48,676 nt of DNA from positions 1-48,676 of IMG/VR virus record IMGVR_UViG_3300048579_000428; one strand, given 5' to 3'. The stretch is from a virus. Taxonomy: Duplodnaviria; Caudoviricetes. Position numbers and translations under genes: made by a program. The notes beneath the pieces are model-generated. The model made no database searches. It had not been told where the DNA came from and was given only the letters and a program-made list of their open reading frames with translations. This document shows positions 35,015-44,247 of this stretch, in pieces; the first letter of the stretch is position 1; the number at the start of each line of letters is the position of its first letter.

Positions 35015-35977
35015 TTACAGTCCTTCGCCGTTGGTGAAGATCAGGTCTCCCATCAGGAAGCCCAGACCGATATGGAAGTCGGTATAGATTTTCACTTTGC
35101 GGTCTACTTTCTCCACTTCAAATGCCTGGGCATTGCCAAAGCCTTTGGTGGCGAAAACAGCGTTTTCAATCGGTGTACCCCAGATGTTTGTCGAAGCACG
35201 CATAGAATCGCGGCCGGCCACTTTGAAGTTTTCAAAGTTGCGGATGACCTGCAGCTCAGCTACCTGGGCGTAGTTGATATTGTACTTCGCCTGCATACCC
35301 TCTTTAAACAGGAGCGCATTGGCGCGGCTCATGTTGAATACGATATTTTTTGTCCAGTAGATCTCGTCGATGCTTTTGGCGATCGTTTCCATGTAAGTCA
35401 CAAAATCGGCCCCATCTGCAGGGGGAGCGCCCACAGCGATCGCTGTAGTGGATCCGGCAACAATCTTTGCCTTGATCAGTTCTTTCACACCATCCATCAC
35501 TTCAATGGCGGCACCGGCAGTGCCAGGTGTGGGGGCTACTTTATCCCCGTAGAAAATGACTTTCTTCTCGATATCATCCATGACCTGGTTCATCAGGTAC
35601 ACTTCGATAAACCAGCGGACAAACGGCCATGTGGTGCGGTCTGTTTTGTTGCTAGTGAGGAATCCCAGCCAGGAATACACCAGGTTGTTGGGGTTGAAAC
35701 TCTGGTCGATCTTCACCTGCTGCAGGTCGATGCTCACCGGCTTGAAGGTTACGGAACCTTTCTCGGTGAATGTATCCTGGTAAGGCTGCAGGACTTCACC
35801 CACAGTTACATCAGACCAGCGGAGCTGTGTGTCTTCCGTAGGCACATTGGTAAAAGCCTCGCGGGAGCCAAAGGCGGTAAAGGGGCGCATGAGCAGGTCG
35901 CTCATGTTCTGGCCATTATCAATGTAATAAGAGCCAAACTGGGAGATTACATCTGTAGGGGTTATCGTAGTTGCCAT
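35015..35977 (-). CDS. Major capsid protein
   Basis: 320 aa after protease and scaffold; VMDGV and EKVDRKVKIYTDFHIGLGF end typical of HK97-fold capsids in Bacteroidota phages. Confidence 0.8.
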   Translation of the reverse strand: MATTITPTDVISQFGSYYIDNGQNMSDLLMRPFTAFGSREAFTNVPTEDTQLRWSDVTVGEVLQPYQDTFTEKGSVTFKPVSIDLQQVKIDQSFNPNNLVYSWLGFLTSNKTDRTTWPFVRWFIEVYLMNQVMDDIEKKVIFYGDKVAPTPGTAGAAIEVMDGVKELIKAKIVAGSTTAIAVGAPPADGADFVTYMETIAKSIDEIYWTKNIVFNMSRANALLFKEGMQAKYNINYAQVAELQVIRNFENFKVAGRDSMRASTNIWGTPIENAVFATKGFGNAQAFEVEKVDRKVKIYTDFHIGLGFLMGDLIFTNGEGL

Positions 35978-36013
35978 TTATGACAGTTTTTAAAGGGTTG
36001 TAGATTTTTTGGA

Positions 36014-36463
36014 TTAAGGGTTAACTTTTTTCGGGGCCCCCATCAGCTTATCCGCCATTTCGTTCAGGGGATTTTTAGGATCCTCATGTGCGGCAATTTT
36101 TACTTTGCCGACTGCAGGATCTGCTCCTTTGGTGGTTTGGGTGATACCGCCATCTGCTTCCAGCTCTTCCACCCTTGACTGCAGGGTAGTGTTTTGCTCC
36201 TGGGCAGTGGTGAGCTGGCCCTGCAGCTGCTGGGTTTGTTCCTGGGCGGTGGTCAGCTGATCAGCTGACTGCTGGATCTGTGCTTCCAGTTCGGTGATGC
36301 GGGCTGTAGAGGCCTCGGCTGCTTCCAGGGCTGCGGCCATCCTGGTCAGTGCATCTTCGGAAACGATATAACCGGTTTCGGTGCTTTCTACACCTTCGGT
36401 AATGAATGAGAACTCCGGTTGTCCGGAGATCGCAATGATCTTATTTTTCTGTTCGGTAGTCAT
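36014..36463 (-). CDS. Putative capsid scaffolding protein
   Basis: Gln/Ala-rich coiled coil with LTTAQEQ repeat, between protease and capsid. Confidence 0.65.
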   Translation of the reverse strand: MTTEQKNKIIAISGQPEFSFITEGVESTETGYIVSEDALTRMAAALEAAEASTARITELEAQIQQSADQLTTAQEQTQQLQGQLTTAQEQNTTLQSRVEELEADGGITQTTKGADPAVGKVKIAAHEDPKNPLNEMADKLMGAPKKVNP

Positions 36464-36464
36464 A

Positions 36465-37364
36465 CTACTTTAAGGTTTTAGCAAAGGAGAGCGCCTTGTT
36501 CATGGCTTTATCCAGTGGCATTATTTGATCAATAAGACCGGCTTCTTTCGCAGCTCCGGCCAGGTAGGTTTTACCGGTGAGCACGTTTTCTTTAGCCAGG
36601 TCAATTTTTCCTTTTCGGTTCGCTTTTACAGATCCGGTGAAAACATCATTCATCGGATCAAGCATTTCCTGGATCAGCGCCCGGCCATCGCCGGCATTCG
36701 CTTCGCGGAACATGCGGTTTTTGTCGATGGAATCAGAGGCGTAATATTCACGCTGAACTACTCCCCGCTGTTTGTCCGATTCTGTCCAGTCGCGCCAGCT
36801 CATCATGGTACCGATGCTGCCGATGATATCAGTCTTATTTGCGGATACAACCTCTTTGGAAGAGGATCCGATCCAGTAAGCAGCGCTGCACATATAGCCA
36901 TCAGAAATGGTCATAGTGTGCTTTTTACTGCTCCGGATGGTATTAGCGAAAGACTCGGTACCATCAACTGTTCCACCCGGGCTATCTACCCAGGGCGCAA
37001 TTACTTTTACGGAAGGGGTATTCTCCGCCAGGCGAACCATGTTCTGCAGGGTGGCTGTTCCAAACCATCCGCAGAAATCATTCTTCATCAGCGGACCCAT
37101 CACTGGGATCACCGCTACACTGGCACCTTCGAAACCGGAGAAATTCTTCGCGTCGTAATAATTGTCAGGCGCAAAAGCGATTTCAGATTTTGCAAAGAGC
37201 TGTTTGATCTTCTGGTAGGTTCCGTCTTCGTTTTCCATCTCTGCACGGAAAGTGGTCTCGTTGCTCATAATCCTTTCCCACATAGCCAGCAGGTTCATGG
37301 CAGATTGTGGTTCAATCAGCCAGGGCCTGTTATAAACACTGAGCGCAACTTTGTGCAATACCAT
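36465..37364 (-). CDS. S49 family prohead protease
   Basis: DSPGG, CSAAYWIGS, GSIGT motifs. Confidence 0.9.
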   Translation of the reverse strand: MVLHKVALSVYNRPWLIEPQSAMNLLAMWERIMSNETTFRAEMENEDGTYQKIKQLFAKSEIAFAPDNYYDAKNFSGFEGASVAVIPVMGPLMKNDFCGWFGTATLQNMVRLAENTPSVKVIAPWVDSPGGTVDGTESFANTIRSSKKHTMTISDGYMCSAAYWIGSSSKEVVSANKTDIIGSIGTMMSWRDWTESDKQRGVVQREYYASDSIDKNRMFREANAGDGRALIQEMLDPMNDVFTGSVKANRKGKIDLAKENVLTGKTYLAGAAKEAGLIDQIMPLDKAMNKALSFAKTLK

Positions 37365-37401
37365 CAGATCAGTTTTTCAAAAATCTTTACCGGGTTACCG
37401 G

Positions 37402-37902
37402 TTAATTACTTCGTCTCAGGTAGTACACTTTCGGTATTACCACGCTGGTCGCAGCATTATAAAAAGCTACCCGCATAGTCTTGTATAGCAAATCGCCATT
37501 GGCATGCCTTAGCGGGAAAGTTTTAAAATTATAGGTGGTTGCTGAAAATGTAAGACTGTCGATCGTAGACCAATCACTACCGGTATTAGTACCCTGCAAA
37601 TAAGCTTTCGAACTGGTTGGTGTTCCGGAAACCGTTTTTGCCCAGATCGTTACAGATCTTGCAATGTTATCCAGGACAGAAGAGCTCAGAGTATCACCGG
37701 TGCTTCTGGCCGTAGCGTTTAAGTACACAATGGCGGTATCCGCATTGGTGAGGGTATCATTGGCCGCTTCCGGCTTCAGGGTGGTTACCAACTGGGCTTT
37801 GGCCTTATTCTGGCCGATCAAAGTGGGGAGTACTATTGTAACAGTACACGCCAATAATACGATTGATGCCAGATCAAGTATGGCTGCTAACGATTTTTTC
37901 AT
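37402..37902 (-). CDS. Exported or membrane-anchored beta-rich protein
   Basis: N-terminal hydrophobic segment then AKA-Q cleavage-like site; heads the head operon. Confidence 0.6.
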   Translation of the reverse strand: MKKSLAAILDLASIVLLACTVTIVLPTLIGQNKAKAQLVTTLKPEAANDTLTNADTAIVYLNATARSTGDTLSSSVLDNIARSVTIWAKTVSGTPTSSKAYLQGTNTGSDWSTIDSLTFSATTYNFKTFPLRHANGDLLYKTMRVAFYNAATSVVIPKVYYLRRSN

Positions 37903-37927
37903 TGCTGAATAGTTTTTTATTTCATAA

Positions 37928-37966
37928 CAAACATAGATTGGCTATATAGATCGGGAAAGGACACAC
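37928..37966 (-). promoter_or_regulatory. Putative late promoter copy 4
   Basis: GTGTGTCCTTTCCC-N17-TATGTTTG (perfect Bacteroidota -7 box TAnnTTTG). Confidence 0.72.
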
Positions 37967-38039
37967 ATGCTTACCCCTTAAAAAAACAGCCCCGTGGAAA
38001 CGGGGCCGTTGCGTAACGATTGCCATATGAAAAATACTG

Positions 38040-38672
38040 CTACTTGAACTTTTCTTCCAGGAGGAGGTAAGGCAGGATCTTCTGCCCTTCAGCATTCATT
38101 AACTTATAAGCTGCCTGCTGGAATTCGAGCCATTGTCCTTTATATACCGTCTGGCATCCGGCACTGTTAGTATTATTGAATCCTCCGGAGTGGAGGTTGA
38201 TGGTAAACCCTTTCTGGATCCCGATCTGGCCATCCCGGAGCACCGGTGATACCTCATCCGGATTGGCCGTCCGGAATGCCTTATGGCCGCTGGCCTTGCC
38301 GTATCCATGCCAGCCCTGCTTGAAGCTGTGCCACCCGGGCAGGAGCATTGCAATCCCTTTCTCGTGCTTACGCGGATCCGTGTTGGCATTAAAGGTCTGG
38401 TAGTAGTTCGGGCCGATCAGGATCATTGCATCATCGTAGACGCCTCGGTCATTTTCTCCTGATGCTCCCAGGCTATTCAGGTAATAGCCGCGGATGGCTA
38501 GCACCAGCACCGGTGATCCGATCGGCGCGGTGGCCTTTTGCAGGTACTGCTGAGCTTCTTCCTGCCCAATGCGTCCCATTATTACCAGTTGATTCATTGA
38601 TCGGGTAATACATGCAGCTGCATTTTTAATGTACTGATCCGCTTCTGCTTTCGAAATATTTGGTTTGTTCAT
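38040..38672 (-). CDS. Putative endolysin (YkuD/L,D-transpeptidase-like catalytic motif)
   Basis: GVYDDA, NTDP, INLHSGG...SAGCQ His/Cys motif; last gene of lysis cluster. Confidence 0.7.
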   Translation of the reverse strand: MNKPNISKAEADQYIKNAAACITRSMNQLVIMGRIGQEEAQQYLQKATAPIGSPVLVLAIRGYYLNSLGASGENDRGVYDDAMILIGPNYYQTFNANTDPRKHEKGIAMLLPGWHSFKQGWHGYGKASGHKAFRTANPDEVSPVLRDGQIGIQKGFTINLHSGGFNNTNSAGCQTVYKGQWLEFQQAAYKLMNAEGQKILPYLLLEEKFK

Positions 38673-39175
38673 TTTATTTTCTCCAGGTTAATTTTCATGT
38701 CATGCGGAGCTGGCCGGTTTCCGCCAAAAAAAGGCCCAAGGATCCACCCCCATTTCTTATTATCATAACGCTCAACAATTAGTTGCCGCCAAGGGCTTTC
38801 AGAAGTGGATACTATAAAAGAAAAAGTGTGTGGACTGACTTTTAAAATAAGCTTGTACTTACGGTATGGACTGCACTCACAGATAAACTGGAAGTCACGA
38901 ACCCCGTTCCGGTAATAATATCCGTACAGGTGAAACTTGTTTGTATCAGGAACGTACCGCCACCCAAAACGGGCGCTGTTCATGTGCACCCGTCCAAAGG
39001 CCACGCCGAACATCTTATTTACATCCTGCTGATCTTCCACCGGCAGTGTGTACTTATTGCTGCTTTCGAATGTGACAGCACGGGTTAGTACAACTGGCAT
39101 TTTTACCAGTGGCCACCACTTCAACCAATAGAATGGCCGGGCACGGTGCGTTCCTTTTTTGTGAGTGAATGACAT
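38669..39175 (-). CDS. Hypothetical aromatic-rich protein
   Basis: DVNKMFG, NSARFGWR, PFFGGNRPAPHDM motifs. Confidence 0.65.
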   Translation of the reverse strand: MSFTHKKGTHRARPFYWLKWWPLVKMPVVLTRAVTFESSNKYTLPVEDQQDVNKMFGVAFGRVHMNSARFGWRYVPDTNKFHLYGYYYRNGVRDFQFICECSPYRKYKLILKVSPHTFSFIVSTSESPWRQLIVERYDNKKWGWILGPFFGGNRPAPHDMKINLEKIK

Positions 39176-39543
39176 TACTTAGCTTTTTTAAGCTGATCTT
39201 CTGCAGACTCACGGCCGTCATCCACCTTTTCTTTCGGCACACCGTCTTTCTTCGGATCATATGGGCGATAATCGCTTTCCATTATCAATGCGATAACGAT
39301 AGCTGCAAGTATCAAAGCCACTGCATACCATAACTGGCCAATCTTAAAGATGGAAACATTTTTATCTGATTCCACAATTCCGCCGGGAGTTTGTTGAGTG
39401 GATCCGGATTTTGATTTACGATAAGCCACTCCGAGGAAGTAAAGCCCAAAGACAGCAACCAGAAAAGGAATAGCAACAAGGCCACCGGCGTGGCAGGAAA
39501 CGAGGCTGGTAGAAAGGACCAGCAGCAAGATGAGATTTTTCAT
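39175..39543 (-). CDS. Membrane protein with lipobox-like N-terminus (lysis cluster)
   Basis: MKNLILLLVLSTSLVS-C plus two hydrophobic helices. Confidence 0.6.
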   Translation of the reverse strand: MKNLILLLVLSTSLVSCHAGGLVAIPFLVAVFGLYFLGVAYRKSKSGSTQQTPGGIVESDKNVSIFKIGQLWYAVALILAAIVIALIMESDYRPYDPKKDGVPKEKVDDGRESAEDQLKKAK

Positions 39544-39548
39544 ATTTA

Positions 39549-40196
39549 TCATTTTTGAGGTTTGCGAATTATGATTCCCCGGGCGTCTGCCAGGCTTTCG
39601 CTCCGGGTGATTGTCCATCCCTTGAAGTACCAGGTACCAATTACTGCAGCTGAGAGGATCAGCCAGATCCACCAGGGTATGTACCAGCGATCGACAAACT
39701 TGTCAACCGTTTTGGTTTCCGTTTTCACCTGGCTTTTTTGCTGCTGCAGCTCTGTAGTCAACCTGCTGATCTCCGATTTTTGGGAAAGGATAGTTTCCTC
39801 CAGGGTATTCTTCGTCTGAGTAAGCCGCTGGACTCTCCCTTTGATCTCAAGGGAGCCGTCTGCCTGTTTCCTGATGGTGGTCTCGGCTTCAGCAAGCGTG
39901 GCCATAAGGGCCGCTATTTGCTCAGGAGAACAGTTGGCCGCGATCATGGCCGATCGGAGGCTGTCCACGTTGATCTGTGGGCAGGGTTGCATTTCCACGC
40001 CCAGGTATTCCATTTCCTGCAGGCGCTTCCGGATAAAGGTGTTCTCTGTCTCCAGATCCTCGATGTGGCGCATCAGGTTGGCAATGGTGATGCTGTCTTT
40101 GCTGACAGATGACTTTGCCGTATGCTTTTGTACATGACAACTAGCTGCCAGCAAGAGCATGAATACAATGAATATCGGGGCGCAGATGATTTTCAT
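39549..40196 (-). CDS. Putative unimolecular spanin
   Basis: Lipobox LAAS-C, coiled coil, C-terminal TM WWIWLILSAAVIGTWYF. Confidence 0.6.
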   Translation of the reverse strand: MKIICAPIFIVFMLLLAASCHVQKHTAKSSVSKDSITIANLMRHIEDLETENTFIRKRLQEMEYLGVEMQPCPQINVDSLRSAMIAANCSPEQIAALMATLAEAETTIRKQADGSLEIKGRVQRLTQTKNTLEETILSQKSEISRLTTELQQQKSQVKTETKTVDKFVDRWYIPWWIWLILSAAVIGTWYFKGWTITRSESLADARGIIIRKPQK

Positions 40197-40197
40197 A

Positions 40198-40617
40198 TCA
40201 GATAGTTTTAGCTTCCTGGTCAGACAGGCCCTTTGATTTACCAAAATCGATGATTGATTTAAAGCCGGCTTTATAAATCACCACTGCAATGATTTCGATA
40301 AAGGCACCTACACCGATCGCATAAGATTTAAAGTACAGCTGGATCCGCTCGATTCGGTTCAATGCCTCAATACCCTTTGCGCGGAGATCTGACCTGGTAA
40401 GTGACAGATCCATATAATCGGACAGCACGAAGCTGAGGATCAGTACACACACGGCCACCAGCACGTACCGGGCCATGTTGGCTCTGAAGTACAGTTGCAG
40501 GGCCTGTTGGTAATTGATCTTCTCATTGCTCAGCTGCACCCGGTAAACAGCCAGGGAGGCAATGAAAGCTTGTGCCAGGAATACTGCTACAATCAGGAGA
40601 GAGATGTACTTTATCAT
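40198..40617 (-). CDS. Membrane protein, holin candidate
   Basis: Three hydrophobic segments, in lysis cluster. Confidence 0.55.
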   Translation of the reverse strand: MIKYISLLIVAVFLAQAFIASLAVYRVQLSNEKINYQQALQLYFRANMARYVLVAVCVLILSFVLSDYMDLSLTRSDLRAKGIEALNRIERIQLYFKSYAIGVGAFIEIIAVVIYKAGFKSIIDFGKSKGLSDQEAKTI

Positions 40618-40805
40618 TTTCGTGCTTTTATGGTTGCGAAATAATAATACCGGATGGCCATTATACCAGCAGCTATTGCGACAACACCAGCCGTGGATTT
40701 AATAAATTCGCTGACATCGATGGTTCCGATCCATGATATAATTCCTGTCAAAATAGAGACTACCAGGCTCAAGTGCCCGAATTCAACGTTGCTATTATTA
40801 TCCAT
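40614..40805 (-). CDS. Small two-TM protein, holin candidate
   Basis: Two hydrophobic helices and a basic C-terminus. Confidence 0.55.
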   Translation of the reverse strand: MDNNSNVEFGHLSLVVSILTGIISWIGTIDVSEFIKSTAGVVAIAAGIMAIRYYYFATIKARK

Positions 40806-40845
40806 TTCAATTCTCAATGTTTACGATTTTAAAATAGGGTACGGA

Positions 40846-41037
40846 TTATGGGTTTTTTATAGTGAAATATTTTAACTCTGCTTCTGCTTCTTTTTCTAAA
40901 ATATATAGTTTCCAAAATTTGTTTTGTACCTGCCGCATCCACTGAAGCTCTTTCCAGTTATCACGATTGAACTGCAAGAACCGTTGCAATGCCACTTCCG
41001 TCAATACTGTTGGTTCTCTTTCCTCCATAATTCCCAT
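40846..41037 (-). CDS. Hypothetical protein
   Basis: 63-aa ORF filling operon gap. Confidence 0.4.
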   Translation of the reverse strand: MGIMEEREPTVLTEVALQRFLQFNRDNWKELQWMRQVQNKFWKLYILEKEAEAELKYFTIKNP

Positions 41038-41345
41038 GCAGTTTTAAATTCTATCGGGTAACGGATACTGCCATCCTTCTCTATATATTGCAAAACATTT
41101 TCAGCAAGGTTCATTCTTGCCTGTAACGATTTTATATATTTCAGCAAATCCTTTATAACCCGTAGTTGATTACCGGACTGTTTCAGCGTATTCCTGGCAG
41201 AATCATAATCCATCTTTCCGACAATGCCGCCACTTCTATCGTATGACCAAATTTTTAAACCATTAGTCATGCCCATTGTTGCGCTTTGCGGCTTGGCATT
41301 AATTGTCAATAAAAAAAGTGTACTTATAAAAAGTAGTTTTCTCAT
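41001..41345 (-). CDS. Small protein with Sec signal peptide
   Basis: MRKLLFISTLFLLTINA signal; ATGA-coupled. Confidence 0.6.
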   Translation of the reverse strand: MRKLLFISTLFLLTINAKPQSATMGMTNGLKIWSYDRSGGIVGKMDYDSARNTLKQSGNQLRVIKDLLKYIKSLQARMNLAENVLQYIEKDGSIRYPIEFKTAWELWRKENQQY

Positions 41346-42634
41346 AGTGGGAATTTTGATGGTAAGGCCGTTTTGATAATCACATATCTTGATTGTGTGC
41401 CTGATAGGGTATTGTGTACTCCATCGTACATTTTACCATTGCCGGTAGACCATGTATTCCAGCCAGTCGTCCAATCATCTATATAAGTAGATCCGTAAGT
41501 ATCTTTTATCCACTGGTTCCAGCCCCCCCCACCGACTGGATTACCACCATTAGGCTGCATCAACTTGTAAGAAGTAATACCGTGAGCGGTCAGTGAATCA
41601 ATAATCCGGGCATACCTGCCGTAATTTGTAGAGTTGAAAGTATTGTTAGTGCCAATGTCGAAAATCACATAGTCGGGGTTGATCCGCCATACATCTTTCA
41701 GAACAAGTAACACCTCATCCACGCCCATACCGCCACCTGCATAGACTTGAATACTATCAGCGGTGTTGCGTTTTAACATATTACCATAGGCACTGTCAGC
41801 TGTATTGGCATTATACCCAGCTCCTTTGGAATCGGCTATTATTAACCCGGCTGGATTCAGCTCTTCAGGAGTGTATACGTGCATATAATCATACCTGACA
41901 ATACTCCTTCCCATCAGCCCAAACGCATAATAGAAATAAGAAGGCCGAGCCAGCCAGCCACCTGAAGTCATCTGGAAGTTGACAATCTTAGAAACACTAT
42001 CACCGGTTGTCCTGTTAATAAACGTCACTTTAGCCTCATTCTCAAAAACAGTAAACCTTAAAACATAATAATCCGTTGTGTTTACCGGTACTGCTGAAGT
42101 TTGAGAGTGCCCTGCGGGTGGGTAAGTAAACATTGTATCCTTTCCTCCTAAGACCCTGATTGTATCCGGGCCGGAAAACTGGTAATGCCCAAAGCCTGAG
42201 AAAGGATAATCAACCGGAAACGGACAGTAAGGACCAGTAAAAGCACCAAGTGTAGTGTCGTTAATTTTATCTATGTAAAAACCCTGTTCAAGTGTATAAT
42301 TCCTTCTGCAATTCAGGCCAAAGCTGGTATCATAAATCATTGCCTGAGTGGTAATGTTAGAATATGAATACCCGGCCATTTGCGGAATGGTATCCGTATC
42401 CACCTGGACCCTGGCATAGCCACCGGAAACTGTTACCGTGGTCATATCCGGTCTACGAATCTTCCACCGTGAGTTTAAAGAAGATCCACTAAAATCATCG
42501 TATATCAGTGTTAACTGTCCTGGAATCGTTGGTTCGCCACCGCCGCCACCACCTGACGTAGAAGCAATGCGGCCAAAATACATCTGGCTGTTTGCCTGTA
42601 ATGAAAAAAGTAATATGAATAGAAGGAATCTCAT
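41342..42634 (-). CDS. SGNH/GDSL hydrolase with N-terminal beta-sandwich domain and signal peptide
   Basis: MRFLLFILLFSLQANS-Q signal; ADS block I, IGTNN, DGVH. Confidence 0.75.
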   Translation of the reverse strand: MRFLLFILLFSLQANSQMYFGRIASTSGGGGGGEPTIPGQLTLIYDDFSGSSLNSRWKIRRPDMTTVTVSGGYARVQVDTDTIPQMAGYSYSNITTQAMIYDTSFGLNCRRNYTLEQGFYIDKINDTTLGAFTGPYCPFPVDYPFSGFGHYQFSGPDTIRVLGGKDTMFTYPPAGHSQTSAVPVNTTDYYVLRFTVFENEAKVTFINRTTGDSVSKIVNFQMTSGGWLARPSYFYYAFGLMGRSIVRYDYMHVYTPEELNPAGLIIADSKGAGYNANTADSAYGNMLKRNTADSIQVYAGGGMGVDEVLLVLKDVWRINPDYVIFDIGTNNTFNSTNYGRYARIIDSLTAHGITSYKLMQPNGGNPVGGGGWNQWIKDTYGSTYIDDWTTGWNTWSTGNGKMYDGVHNTLSGTQSRYVIIKTALPSKFPL

Positions 42635-44247
42635 TAATATGGTTTGAGACTAATAATGATGTGACAGATACCAGATCCGGAGAAACTGGTTGTATTCATT
42701 GAATAAGCACCGGCAGGGGTTACCGCTGCATTACTATCAAACCATCTCCAATAGTTTGTAGCTGCAGCTGTTCTTGCCGTTGCCCCTGTTCCTGCACTCT
42801 GCGAAAGCCCTGGGGTTGTTGAAAATATTACCGGCCATGAATTATTTGCGGTTGTTGTTATTGAGGTCGTTTTACTATTTGTATAGGCATCCTCTTTGTA
42901 AGTCACATCAACTCCTTGCACTCCCGAATATTCAATAGCCCCAGTTAATATATAGTGAGCACTTGTGAAAGTAACAACAACATTATGCGCGCCCGTTGCA
43001 GGGTTCGCCAAACCCCAAACATAATTGTACCTGTTCCCTCCCTGAACGGCTTTCATTGAATCAATTAAAGTCATGGAAACGCCATTGTAAGTAACACTAA
43101 CCGGATCATTCGCCCCGCTGGTAACGTCACCAATTACTCCCACAAGCAAGTATCTGTCTGTTCCACTACCCGTGGTATGGCTAAATGTTCTGGTATTTCC
43201 AGACCCTCCGTTATTACCACCGTCTGTACTTGATACATAAGCGATAGTTGTCGATGGTGGGGCATCAGGAGCCTCCAGTGTCAGCTGAGTAAGCGCCGAA
43301 CTATCAGTAAGTCTTATGTAGTACCACTCATTTGCTGCAAATGCTGGTTTTACTTTATAGGTTGAATCGTTAACGCGGACAAATCCAGTATCATTTACAA
43401 CATGTTCGAGAAAATAACCATAGGTGGATCCTCGGAACATTTCCCCGTATTTTCCTTTGAACCCACTATTAATGATTAGCGTATCCCCCACTGCTGGAGC
43501 ATTCTCATCACCTGTGCGCCATTTAAGAACGGAGAACGCCCCGGATCCTCCACCGGCACCTACGGAATCATTGGCCATTTTTAAACATCCACAAGCTGCA
43601 TCCCATTTAGGGACTTTACCAGTAGCCTTCCCAGTAGTATCAAACTTTATTGCTTTTGCAGTATCAACTTTTCCAGCTGCAGAGTCTTTAAGAATTTTTC
43701 CTGTTACGTATCCAGTCGGATTTATAGCGGTAAGGGAATCCGATTTCAGCATCCGTAAGTTGATCAATACAGCCAGGCTATCCCTTGTTTTTTCATGCTG
43801 GTACTTTGTTAGAACTTTCATCGAGTCAACTAATAGAGTTGAATCATCGAGATTGATCAACCCCCATGGGCTGGTTCCGAGCTGTGTGATACCGGATCCA
43901 CCACCGGCGCCATTTCCAATATCCTTCCATGAAGAGGATCCACCGTCATAGTAATTGAACTTCTTAGTGGTGACGTTATATATCATCAGCCCATCTGCAG
44001 GAGAAACGATCGCATTTCTTTCAGTAGTGCTGAGCCTTGGCGCCAGTAATCCTTTGTTGCCTCCTGATGTGGGGCCTATTTCAAAGTAAGCAGATGGAGC
44101 GGTTACACTGACTACACCTGCACCCACATTCATCTGGTTTGTAAATGAGTAGTGATCGTACCGTCCTGGTTGTACGTACTGTGCTGATGCTGTAAAACTG
44201 AAAACGATCGATAGGATCGCCAGAATTAAAAATTTAACTGAACGCAT
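42634..44247 (-). CDS. Fibre/adhesin-like protein with signal peptide
   Basis: MRSVKFLILAILSIVFSFTASA-Q; KGLLAPRLSTTERNAIVSPADGLMIYN module; Gly linkers; Thr/Ser-rich beta C-terminal domain. Confidence 0.6.
   Translation of the reverse strand: MRSVKFLILAILSIVFSFTASAQYVQPGRYDHYSFTNQMNVGAGVVSVTAPSAYFEIGPTSGGNKGLLAPRLSTTERNAIVSPADGLMIYNVTTKKFNYYDGGSSSWKDIGNGAGGGSGITQLGTSPWGLINLDDSTLLVDSMKVLTKYQHEKTRDSLAVLINLRMLKSDSLTAINPTGYVTGKILKDSAAGKVDTAKAIKFDTTGKATGKVPKWDAACGCLKMANDSVGAGGGSGAFSVLKWRTGDENAPAVGDTLIINSGFKGKYGEMFRGSTYGYFLEHVVNDTGFVRVNDSTYKVKPAFAANEWYYIRLTDSSALTQLTLEAPDAPPSTTIAYVSSTDGGNNGGSGNTRTFSHTTGSGTDRYLLVGVIGDVTSGANDPVSVTYNGVSMTLIDSMKAVQGGNRYNYVWGLANPATGAHNVVVTFTSAHYILTGAIEYSGVQGVDVTYKEDAYTNSKTTSITTTANNSWPVIFSTTPGLSQSAGTGATARTAAATNYWRWFDSNAAVTPAGAYSMNTTSFSGSGICHIIISLKPY

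Noticed and set aside
19722-44247. Additional VRs in tail or fibre genes
   Set aside because: No TR-like sequence seen by eye; the FSGSG near 42670 does not extend. A computational scan could still reveal a degenerate copy
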